From assembly GCA_905478855.1 (NCBI GenBank), contig CAJQKF010000053.1:1117-65116 (forward strand): 64,000 nucleotides of DNA, written 5' to 3'. This stretch comes from an uncultured Gammaproteobacteria bacterium. Its GTDB lineage: Bacteria; Pseudomonadota; Gammaproteobacteria; Arenicellales; CAJQKF01. The notes below the pieces were generated by a model. That model did no database searches, was not told the origin of the DNA, and was given only the letters and a program-made list of their open reading frames with translations. The translations under genes and the position numbers were made by a program. Shown one piece after another: positions 38,410-49,918 of this stretch (the first letter of the stretch is position 1; the number at the start of each line of letters is the position of its first letter).

Positions 38410-39591
38410 ATGAATTATAATAAAGCCTTTGAGAGAGAAGAATTTGACCGCCGTGTCGGTAACGTTAAAAAGCGGATGCAAAATGCTGGATTTGACCTCT
38501 TAATTTGTCAGGACCCAGCAAGTATGGGGTGGTTGACTGGTTTCGATGGTTGGTCATTTTATACACCTCAGGCTGTATTAGTACATTTGGACGAGTCCTC
38601 ACCAATCTGGTTTGGTCGAGCCCAGGATGCTAAATCGGCACATATTACTACAGATATTCCGAACGACAATATTATTAGCTTTAGTGAAAGTCTGGTACAT
38701 CATCCAACGGCGCACCCCTTTGATGAGCTTTGTGACGTGGTGATTGCGCGTGGTTGGGGATCAGCGCGAATTGGCGTTGAGCTTGATGCGCACTATTACA
38801 CTGCTCGGGCACACCAACATATTGTTAAAGGCCTTCCAAATGCAACTATTTCGGATAATCACGAAATTGTTAACTGGGCGCGGTTAGTAAAATCGAAAGC
38901 CGAGTTGGTTTATATGCGCGAAGCTGGGCGCATTGTTACGGATACCATGAACGCGGCAATTTCCAGAATTCGACCGGGTGTTCGTCAATTCGAAGTGGTT
39001 GCCGATGTCTACCATACACAAATCACTGGATTTGATAATAAGTACGGTGACTACACCAGCCTGTGCCCGCTAATTCAAGTTGGTGAAGGGACATCCACGC
39101 CCCATTTGACGTGGACAGATGCTCCGTTACCGGAGAATGGCCTCATCGTTATGGAAATTGGTGCCGCTAGACGACACTATCACGCACCCCTTACCCGCAC
39201 CATGCACATTGGTAAGCCACCTGCCGCGGTAGAAAAACTGGCTGATGTCATTCTTGAAGGCGGCGACCGAGCGTTGGAAGCAGCTAAACCAGGTGTTACT
39301 TGCGAAGAGGTTGAAGCCATTTGGCAAGGTGTACTTAAGCGCCATGGTTATAGTAAAGAGAGTCGAGTGGGTTACTCAATCGGATTAAATTATCCCCCCG
39401 ACTGGGGCGAGCGTACCGCTAGTTTACGACCCGGTGATCAGACAGTATTGCAAGCTGGTATGTGCTTTCATTTTCAATCCGGCATGTGGCTGGACGACTT
39501 TGGCGCTGCCATTTCGGAGCCATTTATCGTGACTGACAATGGGGGTGAACACTTAAGTCATGTAGATCGAGAACTTATTGTCATCAACTAA
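38410..39591 (+). CDS. doeA: ectoine hydrolase (DoeA/EutD; M24 creatinase/prolidase fold)
   Basis: 393 aa. It has WLTGFDGWSFY, TPHLTWTD and GYSIGLNYPPDWGERTASLRPGD..GMCFHF, characteristic of DoeA-type hydrolases. Confidence 0.75.
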   Translation: MNYNKAFEREEFDRRVGNVKKRMQNAGFDLLICQDPASMGWLTGFDGWSFYTPQAVLVHLDESSPIWFGRAQDAKSAHITTDIPNDNIISFSESLVHHPTAHPFDELCDVVIARGWGSARIGVELDAHYYTARAHQHIVKGLPNATISDNHEIVNWARLVKSKAELVYMREAGRIVTDTMNAAISRIRPGVRQFEVVADVYHTQITGFDNKYGDYTSLCPLIQVGEGTSTPHLTWTDAPLPENGLIVMEIGAARRHYHAPLTRTMHIGKPPAAVEKLADVILEGGDRALEAAKPGVTCEEVEAIWQGVLKRHGYSKESRVGYSIGLNYPPDWGERTASLRPGDQTVLQAGMCFHFQSGMWLDDFGAAISEPFIVTDNGGEHLSHVDRELIVIN

Positions 39592-39751
39592 TGAGCATCT
39601 GCAGAAATGCACTTTTTCCACGATTGCTGAGTCAGCTCAGTGCTTGAGTCTCCCGGTACTTTACATACGCTGCGTATTGTTCGCCCGATACGTTGTTGAA
39701 CTCAAGAGAAATCACTATTTTTACAGACACCCTAAATAGATAACTAGATAA

Positions 39752-40810
39752 ATGTCAGAAAAACCAATAATTAACAACTTCGCATCCGATAATGTTTCAT
39801 GTGCTTGCCCAGAAGTCATGGATGCGGTTGTTGCTGCCAACTCGGGGATAGCTGTCTCCTATGGACAGGACGCGCATACCGTGAAACTTGAGGCCACACT
39901 ATCTGCGTTTTTTGAAACCCCAGTTAAAGTATTTCCAGCTGTTAGTGGCACAGCCGCCAATGCATTAGCCCTGTCGGCTTTAACTCCGTCATACGGAAAA
40001 GTGTTCTGCCACCAAATGTCGCACATTAATACCGATGAGTGCGGTGCGCCTGAATTTTTTACTGGTGGAGCAAAACTAATCTCGATTGCCAGTAATGATG
40101 GGAAAATTACGCCCGAGGCGCTGGTTTCAGTCATTCGTGGAAAAGGCAATGTGCATGCAGCTCAACCCGCCGCCTTAAGCATTACCCAATCATGCGAAGT
40201 TGGCACGGTATATCAACTTGACGAAATTGCTGCGGTTTCTAAAGCAGCGCATGAACATGGCTTAAGCGTACACATGGATGGTGCTCGTTTTGCTAATGCC
40301 CTAGTTGCATTAGATGCCAGTCCTGCGGAAATGACCTGGAAATCAGGTATTGATGTGTTGTCTTTAGGCGGCACCAAGAATGGCTGTCTTGCGGCTGAAG
40401 CGGTGGTGTTTTTTAAGCCTGAGTTAGCTCAGACATTTCCTTTTATGCATAAAAGAGCAGGGCAATTATTGTCGAAGATGCGCTTTGTGTCTGCGCAATT
40501 AGAGGCCTATGTCAGCAATGATGTCTGGCGGCGTAACGCACAACACGCCAACGCAATGGCAGCGCGGCTTAGTAAAAAATTAGCAGCTATACCCAATATA
40601 GAACTAGAATTTCCAACGCAGTCCAATGAAATATTTGCCAATATTCCACGAAAGGTGATCGACCGTCTTGCCGCTAAAGGTATTCAGGTCACGGAAGGTG
40701 AACTTGACGAAACCGCACCGCCACGTTTTGTAACTGCGTGGGATAGCAAAGTTGAAGACGTTGATAATTTGATTGCTGCAATTGAATTGTGTAGCGGTGA
40801 TGATTCTTAA
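39752..40810 (+). CDS. low-specificity threonine aldolase family PLP enzyme (Beta_elim_lyase fold)
   Basis: 352 aa. It has FASDN.., VSGTAANALAL, HMDGARFANA and the PLP-lysine region SLGGTKNG. Confidence 0.7.
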   Translation: MSEKPIINNFASDNVSCACPEVMDAVVAANSGIAVSYGQDAHTVKLEATLSAFFETPVKVFPAVSGTAANALALSALTPSYGKVFCHQMSHINTDECGAPEFFTGGAKLISIASNDGKITPEALVSVIRGKGNVHAAQPAALSITQSCEVGTVYQLDEIAAVSKAAHEHGLSVHMDGARFANALVALDASPAEMTWKSGIDVLSLGGTKNGCLAAEAVVFFKPELAQTFPFMHKRAGQLLSKMRFVSAQLEAYVSNDVWRRNAQHANAMAARLSKKLAAIPNIELEFPTQSNEIFANIPRKVIDRLAAKGIQVTEGELDETAPPRFVTAWDSKVEDVDNLIAAIELCSGDDS

Positions 40811-41114
40811 TGTTGCGTTGCGTGAAAATTATTAGCGACTAGGGTTTACTCATAATTTTTCTCCCAAACTCAGTGTTTCAGATACGTTATTTTTAGGAGT
40901 AAGATAAGTGCGCTCATCCCAACAACCACGGGGACTTAACAAAAATACTGTGGTGCGTTTTGTGGGCCGCCTACCCTGAAAGTTCCCAAGTAGCCCTGCT
41001 TAATCTAAATTCGAATTTGGTCGGAGGAAAAGCCTTCATTATCTCAGCTTATCCACTAACTATTTACATGAGTTGCACTTACGACTTGAATCCGCCAAAT
41101 TTCAGCTATGGTCG

Positions 41115-42656
41115 TTACGTTGCTAGTGAAGGTAACACCGTGCGGTGTATGTTGTTAACTAGATTCCCATTCAGCACATACCAACTGGCTTTTTCAAGGT
41201 CGTTAGCCATATAGCGATCATCGCCTAGTGGCTCTACGTGTGTGCGCAGATCGGTAATTACATTGCGCAGCATGGAACTCGTTTCCAGTGGCTGACGAAA
41301 GGAAATACCTTGGGCTGAGGTCAGTAGCTCAATGCCAATAATTGTTGCCAAATTCTGGTTCATTGGTTTAAGACGTCTTGCTGCGTGGCAGGCCATGGAA
41401 ACGTGGTCTTCCTGATTGGCGCTTGTCGGCGTTGAGTCTGTTGAGCATGGTGCTGCTTTTTGTTTGTTCTCCGACATTAATGCCGCCGCCGTTACCTCGG
41501 CGATCATGAAGCCAGAGTTCAAGCCGGGGTTTGGCGATAGGAATGCTGGTAACCCGTAGGATAATGCTGGGTCCACCATTGTTGCGATACGACGTTCAGT
41601 TATGGATCCTGTCTCGGCAATGGCTAAGGCCATTTGATCGGCCGCAAAAGCCACGGGCTCTGCATGAAAGTTACCACCGGAAAGGATGGATTCGTCTTGC
41701 AAAATTACCAGCGGGTTATCGGTTACTGCATTAGCTTCAATTTCAAGTGTTGCCCCAACGTTACGCACCATATCCATACACGCACCCATTACCTGGGGTT
41801 GGCAGCGCATACAGTAGGGATCTTGTACGCGGGTATCGTCTGTTCGGTGTGATTCCCGAATAACTGATCCTGAAAGTATTTCACGCAAGGTATACCCGGC
41901 GTCTTGTTGTCCCTTGTGTCCTCGTAGGGCGTGAATCTCTTCTCTGAACGGTGCGGTCGATGCCATCATTGCATCGCTTGCCATAGCACCGCTAATTAAT
42001 GCGGATTGAATAAGCCGCCAGCTGTCGAACAATCCAGATAGGGCTAGGGCGGTTGAAACCTGGGTGCCGTTAATCATGCCTAATCCTTCTTTAGCACGCA
42101 GTTGAATCGGTTGAATACCGGCTTTGATCAAAGCGTCTTCTGCAGCCATTAACGTCCCTTTATAAAAGGCTTGGCCTTCGCCTATCATGACTGCCGTAAG
42201 GTGAGCTAATGGTGCGAGATCTCCCGAGGCACCAACGGAACCTTGGGCGGGTATATAGGGAATTATGTCTGAGTGGTATAGTGCTAACAACTGCTCGAGT
42301 ATGAGTAATCTAACACCTGACGCACCTCGTGCCAGCGAGTTAAGCTTAAGGAGAATGATCAGCCTTACGATTTCAGGCTCCAGGGCTTCACCCACACCAC
42401 AACAATGGGACAAAATTAAGTTTCGTTGCAGTGTTGCTGTTTGGTCAGGGGGGATTCGGGTATGCGCAAGTTTACCAAAACCGGTATTTACACCGTATAC
42501 CGCGGCCTCGCCTGCGGCGGCCCGTTCTACGATTTCCGCAGCCTTACCTACCTTCTCTCGGTAGTCACCCATCAGCTCGATGGGTGTGTGTGATCTAAAT
42601 AGCTGTTCGATAATAGGTAGGGTAAGATGCCCAGGCATAAATTGTACGGTGGTCAT
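41115..42656 (-). CDS. hutH: histidine ammonia-lyase
   Basis: 513 aa with the MIO-forming [15 protein letters not shown] motif. Confidence 0.95.
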   Translation of the reverse strand: MTTVQFMPGHLTLPIIEQLFRSHTPIELMGDYREKVGKAAEIVERAAAGEAAVYGVNTGFGKLAHTRIPPDQTATLQRNLILSHCCGVGEALEPEIVRLIILLKLNSLARGASGVRLLILEQLLALYHSDIIPYIPAQGSVGASGDLAPLAHLTAVMIGEGQAFYKGTLMAAEDALIKAGIQPIQLRAKEGLGMINGTQVSTALALSGLFDSWRLIQSALISGAMASDAMMASTAPFREEIHALRGHKGQQDAGYTLREILSGSVIRESHRTDDTRVQDPYCMRCQPQVMGACMDMVRNVGATLEIEANAVTDNPLVILQDESILSGGNFHAEPVAFAADQMALAIAETGSITERRIATMVDPALSYGLPAFLSPNPGLNSGFMIAEVTAAALMSENKQKAAPCSTDSTPTSANQEDHVSMACHAARRLKPMNQNLATIIGIELLTSAQGISFRQPLETSSMLRNVITDLRTHVEPLGDDRYMANDLEKASWYVLNGNLVNNIHRTVLPSLAT

Positions 42657-42664
42657 AGTCAGGG

Positions 42665-44035
42665 TTACCGATTCGCCAATAGGTCAATGGTATTGCGATA
42701 GTTGTCTGATATCGTTAGTTCATCTTTGTGGTGTCCATCAGCAACGTTACAATCGCCCCCAACAAACACGTGTGAAACACAGTTTTCGTTTCCGGAAAAG
42801 ATCCAGCTATCGATGAGTTGCTCGGCTTCGCGTCCATAGAGTCGTGGGTGCGATGAATCCAATACCGTAAAGTCTGCACGTTTGCCGACCGCAATTTTAC
42901 CAATTGCTCGGTCGCATGCGCTAGCGCCACCCTTAAGTGCAGCGGTCAATAGGGTTTGTCCTGTATGTGGTGATGTGTCTTCACTAAGAACATTCCGCTC
43001 GTTGGTGAGTAAACGTTGCCCATATTCCAGCCAGCGTAATTCTTCAACCGGACTTATAGAGATATGGCTATCAGAGCCGATACCCCAATGCCCTCGTTCA
43101 TTACCATATTGGACCATATTGAAAAACCCGTCACCGAGGTTAGCTTCAGTAGTTGGACAGAGCCCGGCTATGGCGCCGCTCGTCGCTAGACTCCGGGTTT
43201 CTTCTTGTGTCATGTGGGTAGCATGAATTAAGCACCATCTTTCATCTACATTGAAGTTTTCGAAAAGCCATTCTACCGGGCGCCTACCACTCCAACTAAC
43301 GCAGTCTGAGACTTCTTTTAGTTGTTCAGCAATATGAATATGGGTAACCGGTTTGTTAGCTGATAAGGCGTCTAATACTTCATGAAGTAGATCACCGGTA
43401 ACGGCCCTTAATGAGTGGGGTGCTATGCCGACAGACACGTTTAAATTGTTAACTTGCTTCTGTTGTATTGAGCTGACTATTTCAAGAAAACCTTCGGCAT
43501 TATTCAAAAAGCGTTTTTGCCCTTCGATCGGCGGCTGGCCTCCAAATCCGCCGTGATTATACAGAACTGGAAGCGCGGTAAATCCAATGCCGACATCTAC
43601 TGCAGCTTGTTGACATTGCAGTGTCATTTCAGCACGATTATCAAAGGCTTTACCATTACGATCGTGATGTAAATACTGAAATTCTGCAACATTGGTATAG
43701 CCACTTTTTAACATTTCCAGATAGAGCATTTTGGCAATATGATACAAATCTTCTGGCTGGATTCTTTCGAGATAATGGTACATAGCTACACGCCATGTCC
43801 AGAAGCTGTCTTTATTGGCTCCGGCTTTTTCGCCAAGTCCAGACATAGCCCGTTGGTGCGCATGCGAGTGTAGGTTAGGAACACCCGGGATAACGGCGTC
43901 CAGTTTTACAAATGACTCGGGCTGTTGATCGATTTTTATTGCTGAGATATTTCCATCGTTGTCTACTTCGATAGTGACACTTTTGGCCCATCCGTCTGTT
44001 AAAAGGGCAGATTTGCACCAGTATGTTTTCTTCAT
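42665..44035 (-). CDS. hutF: formimidoylglutamate deiminase
   Basis: From ATG 44035 ([16 protein letters not shown]) it runs collinear with P. aeruginosa HutF: [45 protein letters not shown]. The track start at 44161 adds an implausible 42-aa extension. Confidence 0.85.
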   Translation of the reverse strand: MKKTYWCKSALLTDGWAKSVTIEVDNDGNISAIKIDQQPESFVKLDAVIPGVPNLHSHAHQRAMSGLGEKAGANKDSFWTWRVAMYHYLERIQPEDLYHIAKMLYLEMLKSGYTNVAEFQYLHHDRNGKAFDNRAEMTLQCQQAAVDVGIGFTALPVLYNHGGFGGQPPIEGQKRFLNNAEGFLEIVSSIQQKQVNNLNVSVGIAPHSLRAVTGDLLHEVLDALSANKPVTHIHIAEQLKEVSDCVSWSGRRPVEWLFENFNVDERWCLIHATHMTQEETRSLATSGAIAGLCPTTEANLGDGFFNMVQYGNERGHWGIGSDSHISISPVEELRWLEYGQRLLTNERNVLSEDTSPHTGQTLLTAALKGGASACDRAIGKIAVGKRADFTVLDSSHPRLYGREAEQLIDSWIFSGNENCVSHVFVGGDCNVADGHHKDELTISDNYRNTIDLLANR

Positions 44036-44102
44036 AAATTGTAAACCGTAACAAAATAGGTGGTTGCAGTAATAGCATAGCTCGATTAACATTGAGTGTA
44101 CA

Positions 44103-44112
44103 TGTATATACA
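44103..44112. promoter_or_regulatory. candidate HutC operator (TGTA-N2-TACA palindrome) in the hutF/hutI divergent region
   Basis: A perfect 10-bp palindrome TGTATATACA sits within CATGTATATACAAG, 13 nt upstream of the hutI ATG. It matches the published Pseudomonas HutC half-site arrangement TGTA-N2-TACA. Confidence 0.55.
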
Positions 44113-44124
44113 AGTAAATACTAT

Positions 44125-45360
44125 ATGGCCTATCTATTAAGCAATGCTTCGATCCTGACAATGGCGGGACAGCTATCGATTGAAACTATTGATAGTGCCG
44201 CGATGGCGGTCGACGATGGTGTAATTCAGTGGTTAGGTAAGACTGATGATGTTCCGGCGAATTATAAAAACGGTCGGTATCTTAATATTGATCTACAAGG
44301 TCGGTTGGTAACACCGGGCTTGATAGATTGTCATACCCACCTTGTTTATGGCGGTAATCGTGCAGTCGAGTTCGCACAACGACTCGAAGGGGTTTCTTAT
44401 GAAGAAATTTCTAGAAGCGGTGGCGGAATAATGAATACGGTAAATGCTACCCGAGAAAATAACGCCTCCAGTCTTTATCAACAATCATTACCACGATTGC
44501 AAAGAATAGCGAGTGAGGGGGCAACCACAGTTGAAATAAAATCAGGCTATGGGCTGGACTCGGCCAATGAAATTAAAATGCTACAGGTAGCTAAACAACT
44601 AACGGATGATGAAAATATCGGTTTGCAGTCTACTTTTCTTGGCGCCCATGCACTACCGCCTGAATTTAAAGGTCGTGACGATGCTTATATAGATTTGGTA
44701 TGTGAGTCGATGTTGCCCGCTGCGATTAAGGCCGGTGTGGTGGATGCGGTGGATGCTTTTTGTGAGGGCATTGCGTTTTCTGTGAGTCAGGTTGAGCGAG
44801 TATTTGACGTTGCCGAGCATTACAAATTACCGGTTAAGTGTCATGCTGAACAATTAAGTAATTTGGGTGGTTCTGTAATGGCATCTCGACACGGTGCATT
44901 ATCGGTTGATCATATTGAATTTTTAGATGATAAAGATGTTGCTGTTTTGGCTGACAACAACACAGTAGCAGTATTATTGCCCGGTGCATTTTATGTTTTG
45001 AAGGAAACCCAGTTGCCACCCTTAGAAGCCTTACGTGCGCACGGTGTTCGTATCGCTTTAGCTACGGACTGCAATCCGGGAAGTTCACCCGTAACGTCTT
45101 TGCTGTTAATCATGAATATGGCATGCACTTTATTTCGTATGACACCTACCGAAGCGCTAGCGGGGGTGACTATAAATGCGGCTTACGCCCTTGGGCTTGA
45201 GGAAAGTATTGGATCAATTGAGGTAGGCAAGCAAGCAGATTTGGCTATTTATGATGTTTCGCATCCCGCAGAACTTGCCTATAACGTCGGGCTAAATCCG
45301 TGTGTTGCAGCTATGCGTCTTGGCAATTGGCGTTTTGCCCCAAATCATTGGAATGGATAG
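44125..45360 (+). CDS. hutI: imidazolonepropionase
   Basis: It has [36 protein letters not shown]. The start is set to ATG 44125. Confidence 0.9.
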   Translation: MAYLLSNASILTMAGQLSIETIDSAAMAVDDGVIQWLGKTDDVPANYKNGRYLNIDLQGRLVTPGLIDCHTHLVYGGNRAVEFAQRLEGVSYEEISRSGGGIMNTVNATRENNASSLYQQSLPRLQRIASEGATTVEIKSGYGLDSANEIKMLQVAKQLTDDENIGLQSTFLGAHALPPEFKGRDDAYIDLVCESMLPAAIKAGVVDAVDAFCEGIAFSVSQVERVFDVAEHYKLPVKCHAEQLSNLGGSVMASRHGALSVDHIEFLDDKDVAVLADNNTVAVLLPGAFYVLKETQLPPLEALRAHGVRIALATDCNPGSSPVTSLLLIMNMACTLFRMTPTEALAGVTINAAYALGLEESIGSIEVGKQADLAIYDVSHPAELAYNVGLNPCVAAMRLGNWRFAPNHWNG

Positions 45361-45364
45361 TGTA

Positions 45365-46129
45365 ATGGTATTGCCGAAAATTGAGTCTATTGATAGACAG
45401 AACTTTTCCCCGCTCTATCAACAAATTAAAGACAATATTCTGACTCGCATACGAGAAAACGAATGGCATTCTGGTCAGCAAATACCGTCAGAAAACGAAT
45501 TGGTAGAAATTCTCGGTGTAAGTCGTATGACAGTTCATCGGGCGTTGCGTGAGTTGACCCAGGAGGGTGTGCTGCAACGTGTTCATGGCCGTGGTACATA
45601 TGTTGCCGAGAGGCGAAGACATGCTAGTTTGATCACTTTGCAAGATATCGCTGACGAAGTACGTTCTGCGAATCGTCGTTACACAATGGATGTTCTATCA
45701 CTAACGGTAGTGCGCTTGTCTACAAAGATTGCGCGGCAAATGCAGCTAGCTAAGGATACGGAGGTTTATCGTCTTCGGGCTGTGCACTCTCAGGATAATG
45801 TTCCAATTCAGTTTGAAGATCGTTATGTCAATCCGGCATTGTGCCCGGAGTTTCTATCCGTAGACTTCACTCGAACCACGGCAACGCGCTATTTAATGGA
45901 TCTATTTGAACCTGACGAAATAGAACACATAGTACGTGCGCGAATTCCAAGTTGTCGGGAGGCCGAATCTCTGTGTATAGAACCTGATGAGCCTTGCTTA
46001 TGTTTAAGTCGACGAACCTGGAAAAATGATCAGGTTGTGACCCATGTATCGTTAATATATCCCGGTAGTCGTTACGAGCTTGCTGCGCGTTACAACACCG
46101 ATCAATTTTTATCAAAACCCGCCGAGTAG
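45365..46129 (+). CDS. hutC: histidine utilisation repressor (GntR/HutC family, UTRA domain)
   Basis: It has [42 protein letters not shown]. An alternative ATG at 45353 overlaps the hutI stop. Confidence 0.85.
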   Translation: MVLPKIESIDRQNFSPLYQQIKDNILTRIRENEWHSGQQIPSENELVEILGVSRMTVHRALRELTQEGVLQRVHGRGTYVAERRRHASLITLQDIADEVRSANRRYTMDVLSLTVVRLSTKIARQMQLAKDTEVYRLRAVHSQDNVPIQFEDRYVNPALCPEFLSVDFTRTTATRYLMDLFEPDEIEHIVRARIPSCREAESLCIEPDEPCLCLSRRTWKNDQVVTHVSLIYPGSRYELAARYNTDQFLSKPAE

Positions 46130-46134
46130 CTATT

Positions 46135-47808
46135 ATGTCCAAAACCCGAATTGATAAGTCACGCTCCATAAAAGCACCTCGTGGCCCAAAATTAACCTGC
46201 AAAAACTGGTTAACTGAAGCTGCATTTAGGATGATACAGAACAACTTGGATGCTGAAGTCGCTGAAAAACCAGAAGAGCTCATTGTTTATGGTGGCATTG
46301 GTCGGGCAGCTCGGGATTGGGAAAGTTTTGATCGTATCCTTGAGTGTCTTATAGAGCTTAACGACGATGAAAGCTTATTAGTTCAATCCGGTAAACCGGT
46401 TGGTGTATTTAAGACCCATACTGATGCACCGCGTGTACTTATAGCGAATTCAAATCTGGTGCCTGCGTGGGCTACTTGGGAACACTTTGATGAACTGGAT
46501 CGCAAGGGTCTTATGATGTATGGACAGATGACTGCCGGATCATGGATCTATATCGGTAGTCAGGGAATTGTGCAGGGTACCTATGAAACATTTGTCGAAG
46601 CGGGTCGACAGCACTTTCAAGGAGACACCAGTGGTAAATGGATACTAACTTCTGGTTTAGGTGGTATGGGTGGTGCTCAACCACTCGCAGCGACTATGGC
46701 CGGTTATTCGATGCTATGTATCGAGTGCGATGAAACCCGTATCGATTTTAGATTGCGCACCGGTTATCTCGATAAGAAGGCAGCTAATCTTGATGATGCC
46801 ATTGAGATGATTGAGAAAGCCTGCGCAGATAAGGAGGCAATTTCCATTGGCTTGCTGGGCAATGGTGGTGACGTGCTTCCGGAATTAGTACGACGCGGGA
46901 TTAAGCCGGATATGGTAACCGATCAAACATCCGCTCATGATCCGGTTAATGGCTATCTTCCAATTGGTTGGTCGATGCAGCAATGGCAAAGCGAGATAAA
47001 AGAGAATCCACAGAAGGTTGCGGCCGAGGCACGTAAATCTATGGCAACTCACGTGAACGCCATGTTGGATTTTCATAAACAAGGGATACCCACAGTAGAT
47101 TATGGAAATAATATACGCCAGGAAGCGATGAACTACGGTGTTGAGAACGCCTTTGATTTTCCGGGGTTTGTTCCGGCCTACATACGACCGCTGTTCTGTC
47201 GTGGCGTGGGCCCTTTTCGATGGGTTGCACTTTCCGGTGATCCAGAGGATATCTATAAGACTGATGCGAAAGTTAAGGAACTTATTCCGGATGATCCGCA
47301 TTTGCATAATTGGTTGGACATGGCAGCCCAACGCATAAAATTTCAAGGGTTGCCGGCACGTATATGTTGGGTTGGGCTTGGCCAGCGTCACAAGCTCGGT
47401 TTGGCATTTAATGAAATGGTACGTAACGGAGAGTTAAAGGCGCCCGTGGTAATCGGACGTGATCATCTGGACTCTGGGTCTGTTGCAAGTCCGAATCGAG
47501 AAACTGAGTCTATGATTGACGGCTCCGATGCGGTTTCAGACTGGACATTCCTAAATGCATTACTCTCCTGCTCTGGTGGCGCAACATGGGTATCGTTGCA
47601 TCACGGTGGTGGCGTAGGTATGGGATATTCCCAACATGCTGGGTTGGTTATAGTTTGTGATGGTAGTGAGGCTGCGGATAAGCGCTTGGAACGGGTCTTG
47701 TGGAATGATCCTGCGAGCGGCGTAATGCGTCATGCAGATGCAGGATATAGAGAGGCCAAGGACTGTGCGTTAGAGCATGGTTTGAATCTGGGTGCGATAG
47801 AAATCTGA
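46135..47808 (+). CDS. hutU: urocanate hydratase
   Basis: 557 aa. It has [41 protein letters not shown]. Confidence 0.95.
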   Translation: MSKTRIDKSRSIKAPRGPKLTCKNWLTEAAFRMIQNNLDAEVAEKPEELIVYGGIGRAARDWESFDRILECLIELNDDESLLVQSGKPVGVFKTHTDAPRVLIANSNLVPAWATWEHFDELDRKGLMMYGQMTAGSWIYIGSQGIVQGTYETFVEAGRQHFQGDTSGKWILTSGLGGMGGAQPLAATMAGYSMLCIECDETRIDFRLRTGYLDKKAANLDDAIEMIEKACADKEAISIGLLGNGGDVLPELVRRGIKPDMVTDQTSAHDPVNGYLPIGWSMQQWQSEIKENPQKVAAEARKSMATHVNAMLDFHKQGIPTVDYGNNIRQEAMNYGVENAFDFPGFVPAYIRPLFCRGVGPFRWVALSGDPEDIYKTDAKVKELIPDDPHLHNWLDMAAQRIKFQGLPARICWVGLGQRHKLGLAFNEMVRNGELKAPVVIGRDHLDSGSVASPNRETESMIDGSDAVSDWTFLNALLSCSGGATWVSLHHGGGVGMGYSQHAGLVIVCDGSEAADKRLERVLWNDPASGVMRHADAGYREAKDCALEHGLNLGAIEI

Positions 47809-48024
47809 GGACTCGCTTAGCATGAATTTACTTGCCATTGGCTCTGGATTAATCACATTTAATTCTTTGATAAGCGTTGTTGCTTGCTTATGGTCGATTA
47901 AGCCGTGGTGGGTCAACGCTTGATATAAACGAGGTCTGGAGTATTGGAACGGGAATTCTGTAAAAGCTTTTATAGAATTCCCGTATGCGCCATTAACGTA
48001 AAACGCGATTCCTCGTTCTTCCAA
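47770..48024 (-). CDS. hypothetical ORF, possibly a gene remnant
   Basis: 84 aa from a TTG start. It overlaps the 3' end of hutU by 39 nt and has no recognisable domain. Confidence 0.15.
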   Translation of the reverse strand: MEERGIAFYVNGAYGNSIKAFTEFPFQYSRPRLYQALTHHGLIDHKQATTLIKELNVINPEPMASKFMLSESSDFYRTQIQTML

Positions 48025-48101
48025 GTACTATTTTATTGTTTCTTGGGGTGAACAAAAATTTCTAATTAATTTGTAATTCAGATGGCCAAAGAAAACACAA
48101 T

Positions 48102-48422
48102 CTAGTTTACTTTATTCGCCTCTAGTGCCAGACTTGCCGCGTATACTGCTATGGCAACCAGTATCCCGGTGAATATCAGTCCGGTAAAGGCGATCATAAG
48201 CGAAAGAAATTTCGTGAGTCGTGTTGTTGGCCTAAAATCACCATATCCCACTGTGGTTGCGGTTATCATTGACCAGTAAACACCATCAAAACGACTCCAG
48301 CCTTCCTTTTTACTTACCACTTGTCCAAGCGTAATGACTATCAATACAGGCCCTAGCAACAATGGCCATAAAGCGACAAGTCCGAGAAAAAAGTTGATGC
48401 AAAAAGAGAATGTTAGAGTCAT
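48102..48422 (-). CDS. minimal two-TM potassium channel (pore-only, Ion_trans_2 type)
   Basis: 106 aa with M1 helix, pore helix, canonical selectivity filter TTVGYGD and M2 helix. It has no cytoplasmic RCK or other domain. Confidence 0.7.
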   Translation of the reverse strand: MTLTFSFCINFFLGLVALWPLLLGPVLIVITLGQVVSKKEGWSRFDGVYWSMITATTVGYGDFRPTTRLTKFLSLMIAFTGLIFTGILVAIAVYAASLALEANKVN

Positions 48423-48516
48423 GGCGGATTTACTTTCAAAACAGATTTTTCGATATACTCAGTTTACTTAATTCGTAAGTTGAAATCTTTGATTCTTATA
48501 GCTGGGTTCTAATAAT

Positions 48517-49533
48517 TTATCCGAATAAATGTAAAGGTTCTTCATCCATCATCGATGCTTGTTCTCGAAGGTCCAGAATATGTTGTTCCCAGTTACGCTG
48601 GGTATTGAACCATGGAAAAGAATGGGGGAATGCAGGATCCTTCCATCGTTTTGCTAGCCAGCCATGATAGTAAATCATACGCATGGTTCGTAAAGCTTCG
48701 ATAAGGTGCAGTTCATTTGCCGGAAAATCTCGAAACTCTTTATATCCGTCCAACAGTTCACTGAGCGCCCATGTGCGTTCGACACGATCACCGGAAAGAA
48801 ACATCCAAAGATCTTGCATCGCAGGGCCCGTACGTGTGTCGTCTAGGTCCACAATGTGAGGTCCGTCGGGTGTCCATAGAATATTGCCGGGATGACAGTC
48901 GCCATGCAGACGAATCATTGTGGTGTCGCCGCATCGTTCGAAGCACCATTTGATTCGTTGCATTAAATCTTCACACAGTGAGCGGTAGGCGAGCTCAAGA
49001 TCACGGGGAATAAAGCCATGTTCTAAAACATACATCCAGGCGTCGCCAGCGAAATCCTGAATGCTATGATCGGGACGATTATTAAATGTTCGACTCGCAC
49101 CAACATTATGAATGCGGCCGAGAAACCGACCTAGTTGATTAAGGTGGTCTCCATTATCAAGCTCCGGTGGGCGGCCACCGTGGTTTTCGAATACCGCAAA
49201 GCGGAAAAAACCTACTGTATGTAGCGTTTCTCCTTGGTCGTTTTGTAACGGGGGAATCACAGGGATTTCAGCATCTGCCAGTTCCTGTGCAAACTGGTGT
49301 TCTTCTAAAATTGCCTCATTAGTCCAGCGAAAGGGTCTATAGAACTTAACCACAATGGCCGGTGCTTCTTCAAGGCCAACACGATAAACACGATTTTCAT
49401 AGCTGTTTAAAGCCAGCAGACGACCGTCTGTTAGATAACCTTGTGTCTCTATCGCCGATAGAATTTGATCAGGATCCAGAGATTGATAGGCTAGTGTTTC
49501 CTGTTCCAGCTTTGTCGTTTCGTTTTCATTCAT
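48517..49533 (-). CDS. srkA: stress-response Ser/Thr kinase SrkA (YihE/RdoA)
   Basis: 338 aa. LNSYENRVYRV, FYRP.RW, RLHGDCHPGNILW and VDLDD are collinear with E. coli SrkA. Confidence 0.85.
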   Translation of the reverse strand: MNENETTKLEQETLAYQSLDPDQILSAIETQGYLTDGRLLALNSYENRVYRVGLEEAPAIVVKFYRPFRWTNEAILEEHQFAQELADAEIPVIPPLQNDQGETLHTVGFFRFAVFENHGGRPPELDNGDHLNQLGRFLGRIHNVGASRTFNNRPDHSIQDFAGDAWMYVLEHGFIPRDLELAYRSLCEDLMQRIKWCFERCGDTTMIRLHGDCHPGNILWTPDGPHIVDLDDTRTGPAMQDLWMFLSGDRVERTWALSELLDGYKEFRDFPANELHLIEALRTMRMIYYHGWLAKRWKDPAFPHSFPWFNTQRNWEQHILDLREQASMMDEEPLHLFG

Positions 49534-49918
49534 AGCTTCAACTTACATGATCACTTATACAAGGTAAATCAACTTTAGCTAATCACTAGGGTTAATGTTG
49601 TCGACGGGGTAGGATATTGCTTTGCTAATATCAATCTGATTTATGCCATATGAACAAGCCGCACGGGATCTCACGGCATTCGTATTTAACGCATCCTCAC
49701 TTAGTTAGGTAGAGGCTCAATGGATGAAGAATCGAGCATCATTGCCCTTGCTTGACAATACTGTAGTGATCGGGTTGATCGGCACTTGCTTTGGCAAAGA
49801 GCTTCTTGATTTACGCCTTTGCCCGTGATGACGCGCATATTTTGACTATTTTATTCTCTACAGTACCAGTGCATGTATTACCAATATTTTGCTTGGTTAC
49901 CAGATAGGCGCCTGCTAT

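Noticed and set aside
40811-41114. Long ~300-bp spacer with a GGATTCAAGTC T-arm-like string, considered as a tRNA or tRNA remnant/att site. Track ORF 40960..41214 also lies here.
   Set aside because: The flanks do not form T-stem or acceptor pairing, and no integrase or mobile genes lie nearby. The 84-aa ORF overlaps the hutH 3' end and has no features, so it is probably spurious.
47770-48024. 84-aa ORF, considered as an RCK/regulatory partner of the minimal K+ channel or a decarboxylase C-terminal remnant (VNGAYGNS).
   Set aside because: It has no GxGxxG or RCK features, a TTG start and a 39-nt overlap with hutU. Similarity to decarboxylase C-termini is limited to a few residues. It is listed only as a low-confidence feature.
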